Source of the DNA: Verrucomicrobiota bacterium
GTDB taxonomy: Bacteria; Verrucomicrobiota; Verrucomicrobiia; Chthoniobacterales; UBA6821
Direction: 5' to 3'
Assembly (NCBI GenBank): GCA_008932965.1
Contig: WBXG01000008.1
Coordinates: 1 to 32,000 of the forward strand
DNA length: 32,000 nt
Part shown: positions 17,191 through 25,569 of the stretch, in pieces
Position numbering within the stretch: the stretch's first letter is position 1
Layout of the letters: each line of letters opens with the position of its first letter
Program-made: the position numbers and the translations under genes
The notes under the pieces: generated by a model
What the model was told of the DNA's origin: nothing
The model's input: the letters and a program-made list of their open reading frames with translations, nothing else
Databases searched by the model: none

Positions 17191-17326
17191 GTAGCCTCGA
17201 TATTTCATACTGATCGTGATGAAGAGGCCGCGAAGGCTGATGAGGCAAGTCAAAATAGGAGTCCAACGCAGTATCTATCTGACTTCTCGGCTAACGGAGT
17301 AGATTGGTATGAAATATGCGGGCTAG
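17191..17326 (-). repeat. Copy C of the dispersed TIR element, opposite orientation, ~50-nt internal deletion
   Basis: Plus strand gtag-cctcgatatttcatactgatcgtgatgaagaggccgcgaaggctgatgaggcaag is the reverse complement of the A/B right arm. The far end ggtatgaaatatgcggg-ctag, read as its reverse complement (ctag-cccgcatatttcatacc), is the left arm. The central gggcag..catacagccc block is missing. Confidence 0.8.
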
Positions 17327-17847
17327 GAGGAGAAAATAGAGAGCCCTTTTTCTTGATAGTGAAGCAGTTCTTGATAGAGCTGTTCTAGCCCGTTTGGAAT
17401 AATACGAACTCCTGCAAGAAGAGGCATAAAATTTTGATCGTTTTCCCAGCGCGGAACGATATGAAGATGGAGATGGTCATCAGTACCTGCCCCACCAGCA
17501 GCCCCAAGGTTCAAACCAAGATTAAAGCCATGGGCATGCACCACTGCTTTGAGAAGTCGTTGTGCATGTATGGCAAGGTTCCATAAATCGAGTGCCTCTT
17601 CCTCTGAGAGGTCACTCATTTCTGCTGTTTTTCGATAAGGAACAGCCATGAGATGTCCAGTTGTGTAGGGATACTTATTAAGGATCAGGAAAGCATTTTT
17701 ACGACGAGTAACTACTAAGTGAGCTGCATCATCTGAGCTGTGAGCTGCTTCAAGTAAGAAATCATGATTCGATTGATGATCACGTTGGAAGTACTCTACC
17801 CTCCATGGTGCCCAGAGGGTTTCAAGGTTTTTTTTAGGAAATTCCAT
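17323..17847 (-). CDS. HIT (histidine triad) family nucleotide hydrolase/transferase
   Basis: 174 aa with the histidine triad HLHLHIVPRW. The start lies 8 nt downstream of the lpxB stop on the same strand. Confidence 0.85.
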   Translation of the reverse strand: MEFPKKNLETLWAPWRVEYFQRDHQSNHDFLLEAAHSSDDAAHLVVTRRKNAFLILNKYPYTTGHLMAVPYRKTAEMSDLSEEEALDLWNLAIHAQRLLKAVVHAHGFNLGLNLGAAGGAGTDDHLHLHIVPRWENDQNFMPLLAGVRIIPNGLEQLYQELLHYQEKGLSIFSS

Positions 17848-17855
17848 GATATTTT

Positions 17856-19076
17856 TTATAAAGCCGAGATTATGGTAGCTGCAGCCTTATGGTAAGCTCC
17901 TTGGCCATGAAGTGTGGAAGTAACTTCTGTAAGTTGTTTGCTGACCTGTTCGCAGGCTTGGGGATCTGTTAAATATCGCAGGGCCTCCTCTGCAAGTGCT
18001 CTTGGTGTTGCCTCCCTTTGTATAAATTCCCTTACAATAAGATGACCTGCTAAGATATTGATAATTCCTAAAAAAGGGACACGAATCAATTGTTTTCCTA
18101 CGACATAAGTCAGCCAAGCAACCTTATAAACAAGGGCATAGGGAAGGGCGTAACAAGCTGCCTCCAGAGTTGCTGTTCCTGAACAAACAAGACCAAAGGT
18201 GGCGCGTTGCATGAGTTCTGGAGCTTTTCCTATCGTGATGGATATTAGAACACCAGCTTCTCGGACCATTGATTGCATCATAGCAGCAAGATAAGGAGTT
18301 GCTGCTGCCGCTTCACATCGTATTTTGGAATCTACTTGGGTAAGCTCTCGAAAAGCCTGAAGCATGATTGGAAAAAGGTGTCGCACTTCACGTTCTCGAC
18401 TTCCAGGAAAAAGGCCTAGAAGGTCATTCTCTCGCAAAAGGGGAGGGGTCTCTTTTTGGGAGGCCATGATGGTTTCCACTAGGGGATGTCCTGCAAAGGT
18501 TGTTGGGAGTCCTGAGGATTCGTAAAGCTCTTTTTCAAATGGAAAGATACAAATCATCAGATCCAGTAGTCGTGCCATTTTTGGAATTCTGTTTTTATTC
18601 CAAGCCCAGACTTGGGGGCTGATATAGTAAAAGATTTTTATGGGAAGCTTTTGACGGCGGATTGCTTGAGCTAGACGCAAGTTAAATCCTGGATAATCAA
18701 TCAAGATGATGGCCTCTGGCTTCTCCTCTTGAAGCTGGAGCAGAAATTGAGAGAACTTGGCTCGAAAATAACTATATTTTTTAAGCACATCCCAAAGACC
18801 AACAACAGCCGATTCTTCAATCCAGTTTTCAAATTGCTTGATAGGGTGATGAGGATCTGTTGTTTGTGGGTGGAAGTTCGTGTTAGATGCTTCCTGATTT
18901 TCTAATTTAGAGCTTTCTATTTGCTTGCTCAGAAAAGCTATCTGCATCTTTGAACCACCTGCTCCAATAAAAGAGATAGAGGGAACTTTCTGGATCAAAG
19001 CCTGCATCAGGGCTGCCCCGTACGTATCACCACTGGCTTCGCCCGAGAGAATGAATATTTTTAGAGAGTGATCCAA
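17856..19076 (-). CDS. lpxB: Lipid-A-disaccharide synthase
   Basis: 406 aa. IFILSGEASGDTYGAALMQAL, YYISPQVWAWNKNR, LFPGSREREV and SGTATLEAA match LpxB signature regions. The only in-frame start at the ORF head is TTG 19076, so the start is uncertain. Confidence 0.88.
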   Translation of the reverse strand: MDHSLKIFILSGEASGDTYGAALMQALIQKVPSISFIGAGGSKMQIAFLSKQIESSKLENQEASNTNFHPQTTDPHHPIKQFENWIEESAVVGLWDVLKKYSYFRAKFSQFLLQLQEEKPEAIILIDYPGFNLRLAQAIRRQKLPIKIFYYISPQVWAWNKNRIPKMARLLDLMICIFPFEKELYESSGLPTTFAGHPLVETIMASQKETPPLLRENDLLGLFPGSREREVRHLFPIMLQAFRELTQVDSKIRCEAAAATPYLAAMMQSMVREAGVLISITIGKAPELMQRATFGLVCSGTATLEAACYALPYALVYKVAWLTYVVGKQLIRVPFLGIINILAGHLIVREFIQREATPRALAEEALRYLTDPQACEQVSKQLTEVTSTLHGQGAYHKAAATIISAL

Positions 19077-19130
19077 AGGAAAAAATTTTTAAATATTACA
19101 GATTACGGGTGGATCTTAATCATCATTTAG

Positions 19131-20066
19131 TCATGCTTTGATTTCAGCGTTTTTCTCTTGAATCAATGTGGTGATCTTGAGTGCTAGTTCTAAAGCTGCA
19201 GCTGCTTCATGGCCTGTGACACGTGGTTGAATGCCAGTGCGCGCACATTCGATAAATGCTGCAAGTTCGCGTTGCAGCGGCTCTCCTTTAATCACTGTCA
19301 CTCGCTTGCGTTGGATCTCTTTTCCATTCAAACGGAGCATATATCCATTTTGTTTTTGGTAGTCTAGGGAGAGGTAGGCATCTTCTTGAAAGATACGAAT
19401 TTTTCGGACTCGATCACGACTGATACGACTGGCAGTGAGGTTAGCCACACATCCATTCTCAAAATGAAGGCGCACATTAGCAATATCCTCTCCACGGCTT
19501 AGAACGGGTATTCCAACCGGATCAATACTCACAACGGGCGAGCGCACAAGATGCAAAATAATTTCTAAGTCATGAATCATCAAATCTAAGACGACCCCAA
19601 TATCGATACTGCGATTGGGATAGGGAGAAATACGGGTTACTTCAAGAAAACGGGGGTTTTTGAGTTGTTCCTCAAGAGCCTCAAGAGCTGGATTGAAGCG
19701 CTCGACATGACCTACTTGAAGGATTGCATGATGTTCACTTGCGATTACAGCTAACTCTTGAGCGTGTTCTGTAGTACTAGCAAGTGGTTTTTCAATGAGA
19801 AGATGTTTTCCTTTGCGTAGAAGAATGCTTCCGATTTCATGATGTGATTCTGTCGGTGTGGCTAGGGTTGCTGCTTCTACAAGGCTGGAAAATTCCTCCA
19901 GAGACTCACATGCTTTTGCACCATATTTTGCAGCTACTTTTTGGGCAGCACGTTTGTCCGCATCAAGAATCGCCACTAGGTTGCAATGGGGTAGTTCTGA
20001 ATAAAGACGAGCATGGTTAATTCCAATGTGCCCGATGCCAACAACACCAACATTGATATTTTTCAT
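19131..20066 (-). CDS. Gfo/Idh/MocA family NAD(P)-dependent oxidoreductase
   Basis: Start placed at ATG 20066 (MKNINVGVVGIGHIGINH Rossmann motif right at the N-terminus). The track's GTG at 20120 would overlap lpxI. Has the LLIEKPLA motif typical of the family. Confidence 0.82.
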   Translation of the reverse strand: MKNINVGVVGIGHIGINHARLYSELPHCNLVAILDADKRAAQKVAAKYGAKACESLEEFSSLVEAATLATPTESHHEIGSILLRKGKHLLIEKPLASTTEHAQELAVIASEHHAILQVGHVERFNPALEALEEQLKNPRFLEVTRISPYPNRSIDIGVVLDLMIHDLEIILHLVRSPVVSIDPVGIPVLSRGEDIANVRLHFENGCVANLTASRISRDRVRKIRIFQEDAYLSLDYQKQNGYMLRLNGKEIQRKRVTVIKGEPLQRELAAFIECARTGIQPRVTGHEAAAALELALKITTLIQEKNAEIKA

Positions 20067-20092
20067 AGGAGGATTGATTTCTTGCTTTGCTA

Positions 20093-20962
20093 CTAATGAT
20101 TCTGCTTTGAAACTCCCCACAACGTGATGCCGAGCTCGCTTGCACGCTGCTGGAGCTTTTCTTTTTCAAGGAGTAAAGTGACATTTGCCTCTAGAGCGAT
20201 CAGTGTGACTCCTGATACAGCTGCTGTCTCTAGGGTGCGTATCCCAATGACTGGAACATCAAAGCGCATATCGTGATGGGGTTTAGAAACCTTCACCATA
20301 CATGCCTTGCCTTGGCCTAGCATTCCTCCACGTTTAATGGTCTCATCGGTTCCTTCAAAACCTTCCACAGCAAGTACCGTTCCACGTTTGACAACGACGG
20401 TTTGACCAATGTTAAGTCGACTGACCTCTTTGGCGATACCATGACCCAAAGTAATATCCTCGAGCTGACGGGCATTAGGCTTGGGACCTGCAATGAGTCC
20501 AGGAGAGGCTAAGTGGCTTTCTAAAAAAGTTGTAGCTGGAAGAAGTGTCACTCCTGCTTTTTCCAATTCAGATGCTAATGTTGCAAAAAGAGTTTCTGCA
20601 TTGCGTTCTTTGAGTTGTGCAAGAAGAAGGAGTGTTTTGAAATCAGGACGTAAATCAAAAAGATTTTTTGGGGCAATCTGACCAGCCATGATTCCGTGAA
20701 TTGCTCCGCTTGTACGGGAAGCATTGAGTAACTTTCCAACCTGGCCTACACGCATCCAAATGATTTGATCAACATAGTCTGCTAATGTTGGATCTGTCTC
20801 GTTTTCAAAGGCAGCAACCACAATACGTTCTACGCCTGCCGTGCGTGCCTCCTGCGCAACGAGGAAAGGATACTTTCCATTGCCTGCAATGAGGAAGAGG
20901 CTGGAAACAGAAGGCTGGAGGTTAGAGCTCGAAGGCATATTAGCTCGAAGATTGAATTTCAT
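20093..20962 (-). CDS. lpxI: UDP-2,3-diacylglucosamine pyrophosphatase LpxI (DUF1009 family)
   Basis: LFLIAGNGKYPFLVAQEARTAGVERIVVAAF and a C-terminal MRFDVPVIG..T pattern resemble LpxI. Located directly upstream of lpxB. Start is uncertain: ATG 20962, ATG 20938 or GTG 20998. Confidence 0.75.
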   Translation of the reverse strand: MKFNLRANMPSSSNLQPSVSSLFLIAGNGKYPFLVAQEARTAGVERIVVAAFENETDPTLADYVDQIIWMRVGQVGKLLNASRTSGAIHGIMAGQIAPKNLFDLRPDFKTLLLLAQLKERNAETLFATLASELEKAGVTLLPATTFLESHLASPGLIAGPKPNARQLEDITLGHGIAKEVSRLNIGQTVVVKRGTVLAVEGFEGTDETIKRGGMLGQGKACMVKVSKPHHDMRFDVPVIGIRTLETAAVSGVTLIALEANVTLLLEKEKLQQRASELGITLWGVSKQNH

Positions 20963-21077
20963 AGTGTTCTTTTCTATCTTGATGGATTTTTCTGACACGA
21001 ACTTTTAAGTGATTTGATCGTTAAAAAACGCGTTGCCCTTTGTTCTTCACTCTTTACGTTGTAGCTGGAAACGCCAG

Positions 21078-23636
21078 CTACGACTTGAGAACAATATTCA
21101 CAAGCCGTCCTGGAACCACGATAACCTTTTGAATCTTTTTATGTTCAAGATGAGGGGCCACTGAAGGATTGTGGAGTGCCGCTTGTTCCACCTTCTCTTG
21201 AGAAGTTGTTGAAGGCAAGGTGAGGCGTGTGCGTATTTTTCCATTCACTTGAACTACATAAGTAATCTCTTCAAAAAGTAGATACTCTTCGTTCCATGTT
21301 GGCCACGAGGACTCAGAGGCTAAAGATCCAAGCGCTCTTACGCTTGGAAATTTCTCTGCAAGATACACCCAGAGCTCTTCGGCAAGGTGAGGTGCAAATG
21401 GGCTTAAGAGCTGAAGAAGGGTCTGGACTGCCTCTAGAGGTGTAGGAGTGGCCGTTGCAAACTCATTCACGAAAATCATCATTTGCGAAATGGCTGTATT
21501 AAAGGAGAGAGCCTCAATATCGCAAGTAATTTTTTTAATCGTGCTATGGACCACACGACGCTGTGCGCCGGTAAGAGGTTGTTCCATAATATTAGCATTA
21601 ACCTGAAAGATGTTTTCAGGAGTTTCAGATAAAATGAGGCGCCACACGCGTCCAAGAAAGCGATAAATTCCTTCCACTCCAGTAATACTCCATGGTTTGG
21701 AATGTTCAAGTGGACCCATGAACATCTCAAAAAGCCGCAATGCATCAGCACCATACTGTCGAATCACTTCATCAGGACTTATCACATTTCCACGACTCTT
21801 TGACATTTTTTGCCCATCTGGACCGAGGATCATTCCCTGATTAACAAGGCGTTGGAATGGTTCCGCTGTGCATACATGTCCAAGATCAAAAAGGGCCTTG
21901 TGCCAAAAACGAGCATAGAGAAGATGGAGAACAGCATGTTCAGTACCTCCAACATAGAGATCGACCTCTCTCCAATACTCTTGAACCTCTTTTCCAACAA
22001 AGGCCTCTTGATTCTTGGGATCGCAAAAGCGCAGGTAGTACCAGCAAGAACCAGCCCACTGGGGCATTGTATTGAGTTCCCGAGTTGCTTGATGAGAATA
22101 GCGAACCCATTCATGTGCTTTTGCTAGTGGTGGCTCTGCCGTTCCTGTTGGTTTGAAATCCTCCATTTCAGGAGGCTCAACAGGAAGCTCACTCTCGCTT
22201 AGAGCACGGTGTGCTCCCTTTTCCCAAATAATAGGAAACGGTTCGCCCCAGTAGCGTTGGCGTGAGAAGAGCCAATCGCGGAGTTTGTATTGAATACAGG
22301 TACGTCCCATTCCATTAGCTTCAAGCCAGGAGATAATTTTTATTTTAGCATCGATAGCATTAAGTCCATTGATTAGCGGAGAGTTGATAGCCTCACCATC
22401 AGTCGCATTAAAAGGAAGTGATAAGGAGGGGGTTGTTTTAATAACTGGGGAAATAGGAAGAGAAAATGTTCTCGCAAACTCATAGTCACGCTCATCATGA
22501 GCAGGAACAGCCATGATGGCACCAGTTCCATAGTTCATCAGCACATAGTCAGCAACCCAGATAGGAATTAATTCTTTGTTGATCGGATTAATACAATCTA
22601 GCCCTAGAGAGATTCCTGTTTTGGTTTTTGCCAAATCGGTGCGCTCTAAATCGCTTTTGGCATTGCAACCATTGCGGTAGTCGTTGAGGGCTTTACGAAC
22701 ATCAGGTGAAAGATCAAGTTCCTCAAGGAGGGGATGCTCTGGGGCCAAGACTAAATAAGTTGCTCCATAAAGAGTGTCAGCACGTGTGGTATAAACGGTA
22801 ATTGTTTTTTCAGGTTGATTTTGAAGAGAAAAAATAACCTCGGCTCCTTGGCTGCGGCCAATCCAATTACGTTGTAGCTGCTTGATCGATTCCGGCCAGT
22901 CCAGCCCCTCAAGATCGTGAAGTAAGCGATCAGCCAGTGCTGTGATTCGAAACATCCATTGACGCATCGGACGACGTTCTACGGAAAACCCCCCTACTTC
23001 ACTCTTTCCATTAAGAACTTCTTCGTTTGCTAAAACTGTTCCCAGTGCGGGACACCAATTCACAGGAGTATTGGCAACGTAGGCTAAGCGAACATGATCC
23101 GGTTCTTTTCCTTGATAACTTGAGATCGGCTCAATTTTACACGTGACTGGATTATACCATGCATGGTAGAGCTGCAAAAATATCCATTGTGTCCAGCGAA
23201 AATAATGTGGGTCAGTTGTATTAACCTCACGTTCCCAATCGTAGCTAAACCCTAGTAACTGGAGCTGTTCTCGAAAACGAGTGATATTTTTTTCTGTGGT
23301 GACTCTAGGGTGTTGCCCCGTTTTGATCGCATACTGCTCTGCAGGGAGTCCAAAGGCATCCCAGCCCATGGGATGAAGTACATTTTCTCCACGAAGACGA
23401 TAATAGCGGGAAAGAATATCGGTGGCTGTATATCCAACTAGGTGTCCCACATGTAATCCATTTCCACTCGGGTAGGGAAACATATCGAGAATGTAACGTT
23501 TTTTGGCTGATGGATCAAAGCCACTCTCTCCTGGATTTTTAGCACGAAATGCTCCTGAGCGAAGCCAATATTCCTGCCAGCGAGGTTCGAAGTCGCAGAA
23601 AGGATAGCGTTTAGAGTTGTGTTCTGTGGATGACAT
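21078..23636 (-). CDS. leuS: Leucine--tRNA ligase
   Basis: Class I signatures HVGH (PYPSGNGLHVGHLVGY) and KMSKS (QKMSKSRGN), plus a CP1 editing domain. Start set at ATG 23636 (MSSTEHNSKRYPF...). The track's 74-aa N-terminal extension overlaps the rdgB start and looks non-coding. Confidence 0.93.
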   Translation of the reverse strand: MSSTEHNSKRYPFCDFEPRWQEYWLRSGAFRAKNPGESGFDPSAKKRYILDMFPYPSGNGLHVGHLVGYTATDILSRYYRLRGENVLHPMGWDAFGLPAEQYAIKTGQHPRVTTEKNITRFREQLQLLGFSYDWEREVNTTDPHYFRWTQWIFLQLYHAWYNPVTCKIEPISSYQGKEPDHVRLAYVANTPVNWCPALGTVLANEEVLNGKSEVGGFSVERRPMRQWMFRITALADRLLHDLEGLDWPESIKQLQRNWIGRSQGAEVIFSLQNQPEKTITVYTTRADTLYGATYLVLAPEHPLLEELDLSPDVRKALNDYRNGCNAKSDLERTDLAKTKTGISLGLDCINPINKELIPIWVADYVLMNYGTGAIMAVPAHDERDYEFARTFSLPISPVIKTTPSLSLPFNATDGEAINSPLINGLNAIDAKIKIISWLEANGMGRTCIQYKLRDWLFSRQRYWGEPFPIIWEKGAHRALSESELPVEPPEMEDFKPTGTAEPPLAKAHEWVRYSHQATRELNTMPQWAGSCWYYLRFCDPKNQEAFVGKEVQEYWREVDLYVGGTEHAVLHLLYARFWHKALFDLGHVCTAEPFQRLVNQGMILGPDGQKMSKSRGNVISPDEVIRQYGADALRLFEMFMGPLEHSKPWSITGVEGIYRFLGRVWRLILSETPENIFQVNANIMEQPLTGAQRRVVHSTIKKITCDIEALSFNTAISQMMIFVNEFATATPTPLEAVQTLLQLLSPFAPHLAEELWVYLAEKFPSVRALGSLASESSWPTWNEEYLLFEEITYVVQVNGKIRTRLTLPSTTSQEKVEQAALHNPSVAPHLEHKKIQKVIVVPGRLVNIVLKS

Positions 23637-23685
23637 GAAAATGTAAGGAAGCGATAAAACATTTGAGATTATCAAACAATTCTTT

Positions 23686-24306
23686 ATGACACAATCCTCT
23701 ATCAAACCAATTGCTCTCCTTCTCGCAACTCGCAACCAACACAAAACGTATGAAATCCAAAAGATGCTCGGAGAGATGGCACATGTTACAGATGTTACAA
23801 CATTTCCAGTCTTGCCAGAAATTGAGGAGACAGGCTTGACCTTTGAGGCCAATGCCATCCTTAAAGCTGAAGGAATCTCGCTTCACGTTCCTGGATGGGT
23901 CATAGCAGATGATTCCGGTTTGGAAGTCGATGCTCTTGGCGGAGAACCTGGAATCTATTCTGCTCGCTATGCTGGCCCTGGGCGTTCTGATCTTGAAAAT
24001 ACACTTCTGGTTTTAAAAAAAATGGATGGCATTCCTAAAGTCCAGCGAAGAGCACGCTTTCGATGTGCTCTTGCACTTGCTCGTGAGGGTAAAACGGTGG
24101 CGCTTTTTGACGGAACTGTGGAAGGATCCTTGATCGCAGAGCTTGAAGGGGAGAGAGGTTTTGGGTACGACCCCATTTTTATACCTCAAGGATATTCAGA
24201 AACTTTTGGACAACTTTCAGAGGAGATAAAAAACAGAATAAGTCATCGCGCTTGTGCGCTTGAGCAATTCAAAGAATGGTGGAAGGAACAAGAAAATAAT
24301 AAATGA
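23686..24306 (+). CDS. rdgB: Non-canonical purine NTP pyrophosphatase (RdgB/HAM1 family, dITP/XTP pyrophosphatase)
   Basis: 206 aa. LLLATRNQHKTYEI, ADDSGLEVDALGGEPGIYSARY, FGYDPIF and SHRA motifs. Confidence 0.9.
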   Translation: MTQSSIKPIALLLATRNQHKTYEIQKMLGEMAHVTDVTTFPVLPEIEETGLTFEANAILKAEGISLHVPGWVIADDSGLEVDALGGEPGIYSARYAGPGRSDLENTLLVLKKMDGIPKVQRRARFRCALALAREGKTVALFDGTVEGSLIAELEGERGFGYDPIFIPQGYSETFGQLSEEIKNRISHRACALEQFKEWWKEQENNK

Positions 24307-24314
24307 TGATCTTT

Positions 24315-25416
24315 TTAAGAGCGCAATTTTGCCTCTATAAAAAGATCAATTTCTCCATCCATAACCCCCATAACATCGCTTGTTTGAGTCTCGGTACGAT
24401 GATCTTTAACCATTTGGTAAGGCTGAAAAACATAGGAACGAATTTGACTTCCCCAAGCAATTTCACCCTTTTCCCCGTATTGACGATCCAGCTCTGCCCG
24501 TTTTTTATCAGCTTCAAGATGATAAATTTTAGCCTTGAGCATCTTAAGAGCTAGGACTCGGTTCTTCAATTGGCTCCGTTCTGCCTGACAGGCTACAACG
24601 ACCCCTGTAGGAACGTGTGTCATGCGCACTGCTGTTTCGACCTTATTCACGTTTTGTCCTCCCTTGCCTCCGGAGCGATAGGTATCAACACGGATATCTT
24701 TTTCATCGATTTCAATGGGGGCATCCTCGATATCTGGAACCACATCAACGCTTGCAAAGGAAGTATGGCGTCGTTTATTAGAATCAAAAGGTGAAATACG
24801 TACCAACCGATGAACACCACACTCTGTTTGTAAGTACCCAAAAGCATACTTCCCTTTTACAAGCAAGGTGATCGATTTAATGCCGGCCTCATCTCCCTCT
24901 TGAACATCGATGATGCTCGAGGTAAAACCGCGCCGTTCCATCCAGCGTTGATACATGCGAAGTAACATTTCTGCCCAGTCACAGGATTCAGTTCCACCAG
25001 CTCCTGCATGAATCGTAAGAAAGCCATCCGCACGATCAAATTCCCCAGAGAGTAACTGCAAGAGTTCAAACTGCTCAATCTCTTTGGTGAGTTTTTGAAA
25101 CTCCTCCTCCACTTCACCGGCGGCAAGGATCTGCTGCTCGGGAGATGTTTCCTCTTCTGCCATCGATTTAAGAAGCTCCAAATCCCTGGATCGCTCTTCA
25201 AGAGCGGAGAGGGGAGTGAGCTTGGAGCGAAGCTCTGAGATGCGCTCCACATCTTTCTGAGACTTTTCGCGATGGTCCCAAAAATCTGGGAGTGTCATGC
25301 GGGATTCAATTTCTTGAAGCTCTTGAATTAAACGAGGAGCGTCAAAGAAACCTCCGCAAACTACTGAGACGTTCAGTGAGGGCGGAGGGGTCTAGTGTAG
25401 TGAGATCAACAGACAT
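24315..25416 (-). CDS. prfB: Peptide chain release factor 2, requires programmed +1 ribosomal frameshift
   Basis: Frame 0 runs from ATG 25416 ([24 protein letters not shown]) to an in-frame TGA at 25344-25342. Frame +1 continues from GAC 25343 ([15 protein letters not shown]) into the 327-aa track ORF. That ORF contains the SPF motif (RISPFDS) and GGQ ([10 protein letters not shown]). Spliced product is 366 aa. Confidence 0.93.
25341..25355 (-). promoter_or_regulatory. prfB +1 frameshift site: internal Shine-Dalgarno GGAGG, 3-nt spacer, CTT TGA C
   Basis: The minus strand reads GGAGG TTT CTT TGA C. GGAGG is at 25355-25351, CTT at 25347-25345, TGA at 25344-25342 and C at 25341. Confidence 0.9.
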
Positions 25417-25477
25417 GTTTGCATTAAAAATGGATGAGAGAAAATATTCGAGCTAAAAAACCTCTTTTTTTAAATAA

Positions 25478-25505
25478 ATTGACAAACTTAAATTTTTCTC
25501 TATTT
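25478..25505 (+). promoter_or_regulatory. Candidate sigma-70-type promoter for the 25570 gene
   Basis: TTGACA at 25478-25483, a 16-nt spacer, then TATTTT at 25500-25505, in a very AT-rich spacer ~65 nt upstream of the ATG. Motif match only. Confidence 0.35.
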
Positions 25506-25569
25506 TAAAAGATCCTCTAAAAAAACTTCTTATAAAAAATTATAAAAATATTAACTCTTCAATTCTCCT

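Noticed and set aside
21061-21081. Perfect 8-bp hairpin gtagctgg-aaacg-ccagctac overlapping the leuS stop codon, considered as a terminator
   Set aside because: No U-tract follows it on the leuS (minus) strand, so it is not a canonical intrinsic terminator. Its function, if any, cannot be judged from sequence.
23637-23858. 74-aa N-terminal extension of leuS given by the ORF track
   Set aside because: It would overlap the divergently transcribed rdgB start (23686). Its sequence is not LeuRS-like. Met at 23636 gives the normal distance to the HIGH motif.
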